A stretch of 63,997 nucleotides of DNA, filler included, from Gonapodya sp. JEL0774 (Eukaryota), in assembly GCA_027604505.1 (NCBI GenBank). It is 13 parts of 13 records of this genome, joined end to end, with 100 filler letters (N's around TTAATTAATTAA, not from the genome) between each part and the next. Parts side by side here need not be neighbours in the genome. Positions count along the whole stretch, not along the records: positions 59,475 to 63,997 come from JADIIX010000933.1; 12 more parts are not named here. The stretch is one strand, 5' to 3'. Both the position numbers and the translations under genes were made by a program. This document shows, piece by piece, positions 62,638-63,997 of this stretch (position 1 is its first letter; every line of letters starts with the position of its first letter). The notes beneath the pieces were generated by a model. That model made no database searches. It was not told the origin of the DNA and worked only from the letters and a program-made list of their open reading frames with translations.

Positions 62638-63997
62638 ATGCTCAGAGCCAAACTTGCCGACCAGAACCGCCTCAAAAAAATGCTCGGAGCAGTGGAACCG
62701 GAATCTCGTGACAGTCCGAGGACGGGATCTTCACCCACTCAGGATAAGGAAAATCCACCACCAGAATATTACGAGCATCGAAAATTGCCTGAACCTGCTG
62801 CGGGATGGGCAGGACTTTGGGGTATGGTGATGTGCGCCGCAGTACGTGTTCTTTCTCTGGCATCGTTCATGGGTTCTGTCGTATGTGTATGGAGAGCCAG
62901 AGATAAACTCGCGGTAAATTCCACTAGCTTTCTGGGGCGTTTTTTGGACCAACAGCTGGATTGGAAGAGGGGTTTGGGAACTTTATCTGCGCCTTCGTCA
63001 TTGTGGGTGCTGAGTCATGTTCTCCTTGCAAGCTATTTTCATCCGACTGATCGTCTGTCTAACCCAACCCGTCAAACGAACCAAAAATGTTATACCCCAA
63101 GGTTACACTCGCAATGTGGTGTTTGGTCGCAAGCCTCACCGAACTCACCTCTTCCCTCCCCTTCTCCGGAGGCCCCGCCGTCTTTGCCCGTGAGCTCATC
63201 TCACCACGTTTCTCGCCGCGTTTGAAATTGCAATCGTCTCATCTCCAATAACCCCGACATTCGGTGCCCACCAACCGACCCTTGCTCGCGCACGCCCATC
63301 CTTGCCTGGTAGATGCCGCTTTTGGTGACAGCTACATTGCCCGCTGCGTCATCGGATACTCCTACACAGCATCATACATCTTTGGCTCCTCCACTGCTGC
63401 CGTCGCATTCGGTGATGCCGTGACCGCCATTTTCTCCACTCCTGTCGCGGTGGAACCTCTCTGGTGGATCCTGTGCTACGCCATCTCCATCACCATATGC
63501 AACTTGCCCGCTTCTAGAATGTACTGGTGCTCTGTTGTTGTAGCATTGTGGGTGCTGGCGACCGTAGTCGTTTTGCCAATCGCGGCTGCCGCGACCAGGT
63601 ACGATTGGACGCTGACGGTGGGCGACACGAGCGACATCGGAGCGTTCGAGACCGGGGTGCAGGGCTTCTTTAGATCGTGCGTAAATTGCTTTTGGTTCTA
63701 TTTGGGAGTGGAAATTTTCGCTGTGGTGAGTTGGAGGAACGGTTCCTGAGGTTGCGACATAGGAAGTTGCTCTGCATAAAACGGACAAACCTTTTTATTT
63801 CCGTTCTCATACGCATGACGTTTAGATGGCGGAGGAGATCAAGTCTCCACGGAAGAATATGGTACGGGCCCCTCCGTATTCGATTTTCCCCACGAGGTGC
63901 TCCTGCTGACCAGGTATGCTATTTTTGAAACTAGGCGCCCGCCGCCAATCGATCCTTCTGGACATTTGTAGCGACCTCCGTGTGGATCATTCTTGTG
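62638..63997 (+). CDS. APC-family amino acid permease, 3'-partial, multi-exon
   Basis: AGWAGLWGM...GWNSWIG-like first TM region, multiple TM segments and FWFYLGVEIFAV. Confidence 0.8.

Overview
Eukaryotic DNA made of 13 unrelated ~4.8-4.9 kb contigs, sorted by size and joined by artificial N44-TTAATTAATTAA-N44 spacers, so gene neighbourhood only means something within a contig. Short GT-AG introns, fungal-type genes (PRS5-like, SAM37, TSC10, UMP1) and the flagellar gene IFT80 point to a zoosporic, early-diverging fungus (inference). Most contigs carry partial housekeeping genes: SRP54, SMU1, RFC2, INTS3, SIZ1-like, GGT and transporters. Highlights: (1) Contig 19898-24757 has an intron-containing ParB/Srx-like gene and a divergent Ginger-like rve integrase. 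Between them lies an 88-bp-period array of CTGTC-N5-GACAG palindromes, a candidate eukaryotic mobile element with a ParB/parS-like module, now decayed by transitions. (2) The 28S rDNA has two group I introns. The L1925 IC1 intron carries an intact sense-strand His-Cys box homing endonuclease behind a ~270-nt structured, AUG-rich leader that does not resemble the known lariat-capping ribozyme. (3) There is a RING1/RAWUL (PRC1-type) gene and an INTS3 gene in a fungus. (4) Some genes switch abruptly from a CpG-rich 5' end to a CpG-free body. All family calls come from motif recognition by eye, and exon boundaries are approximate.
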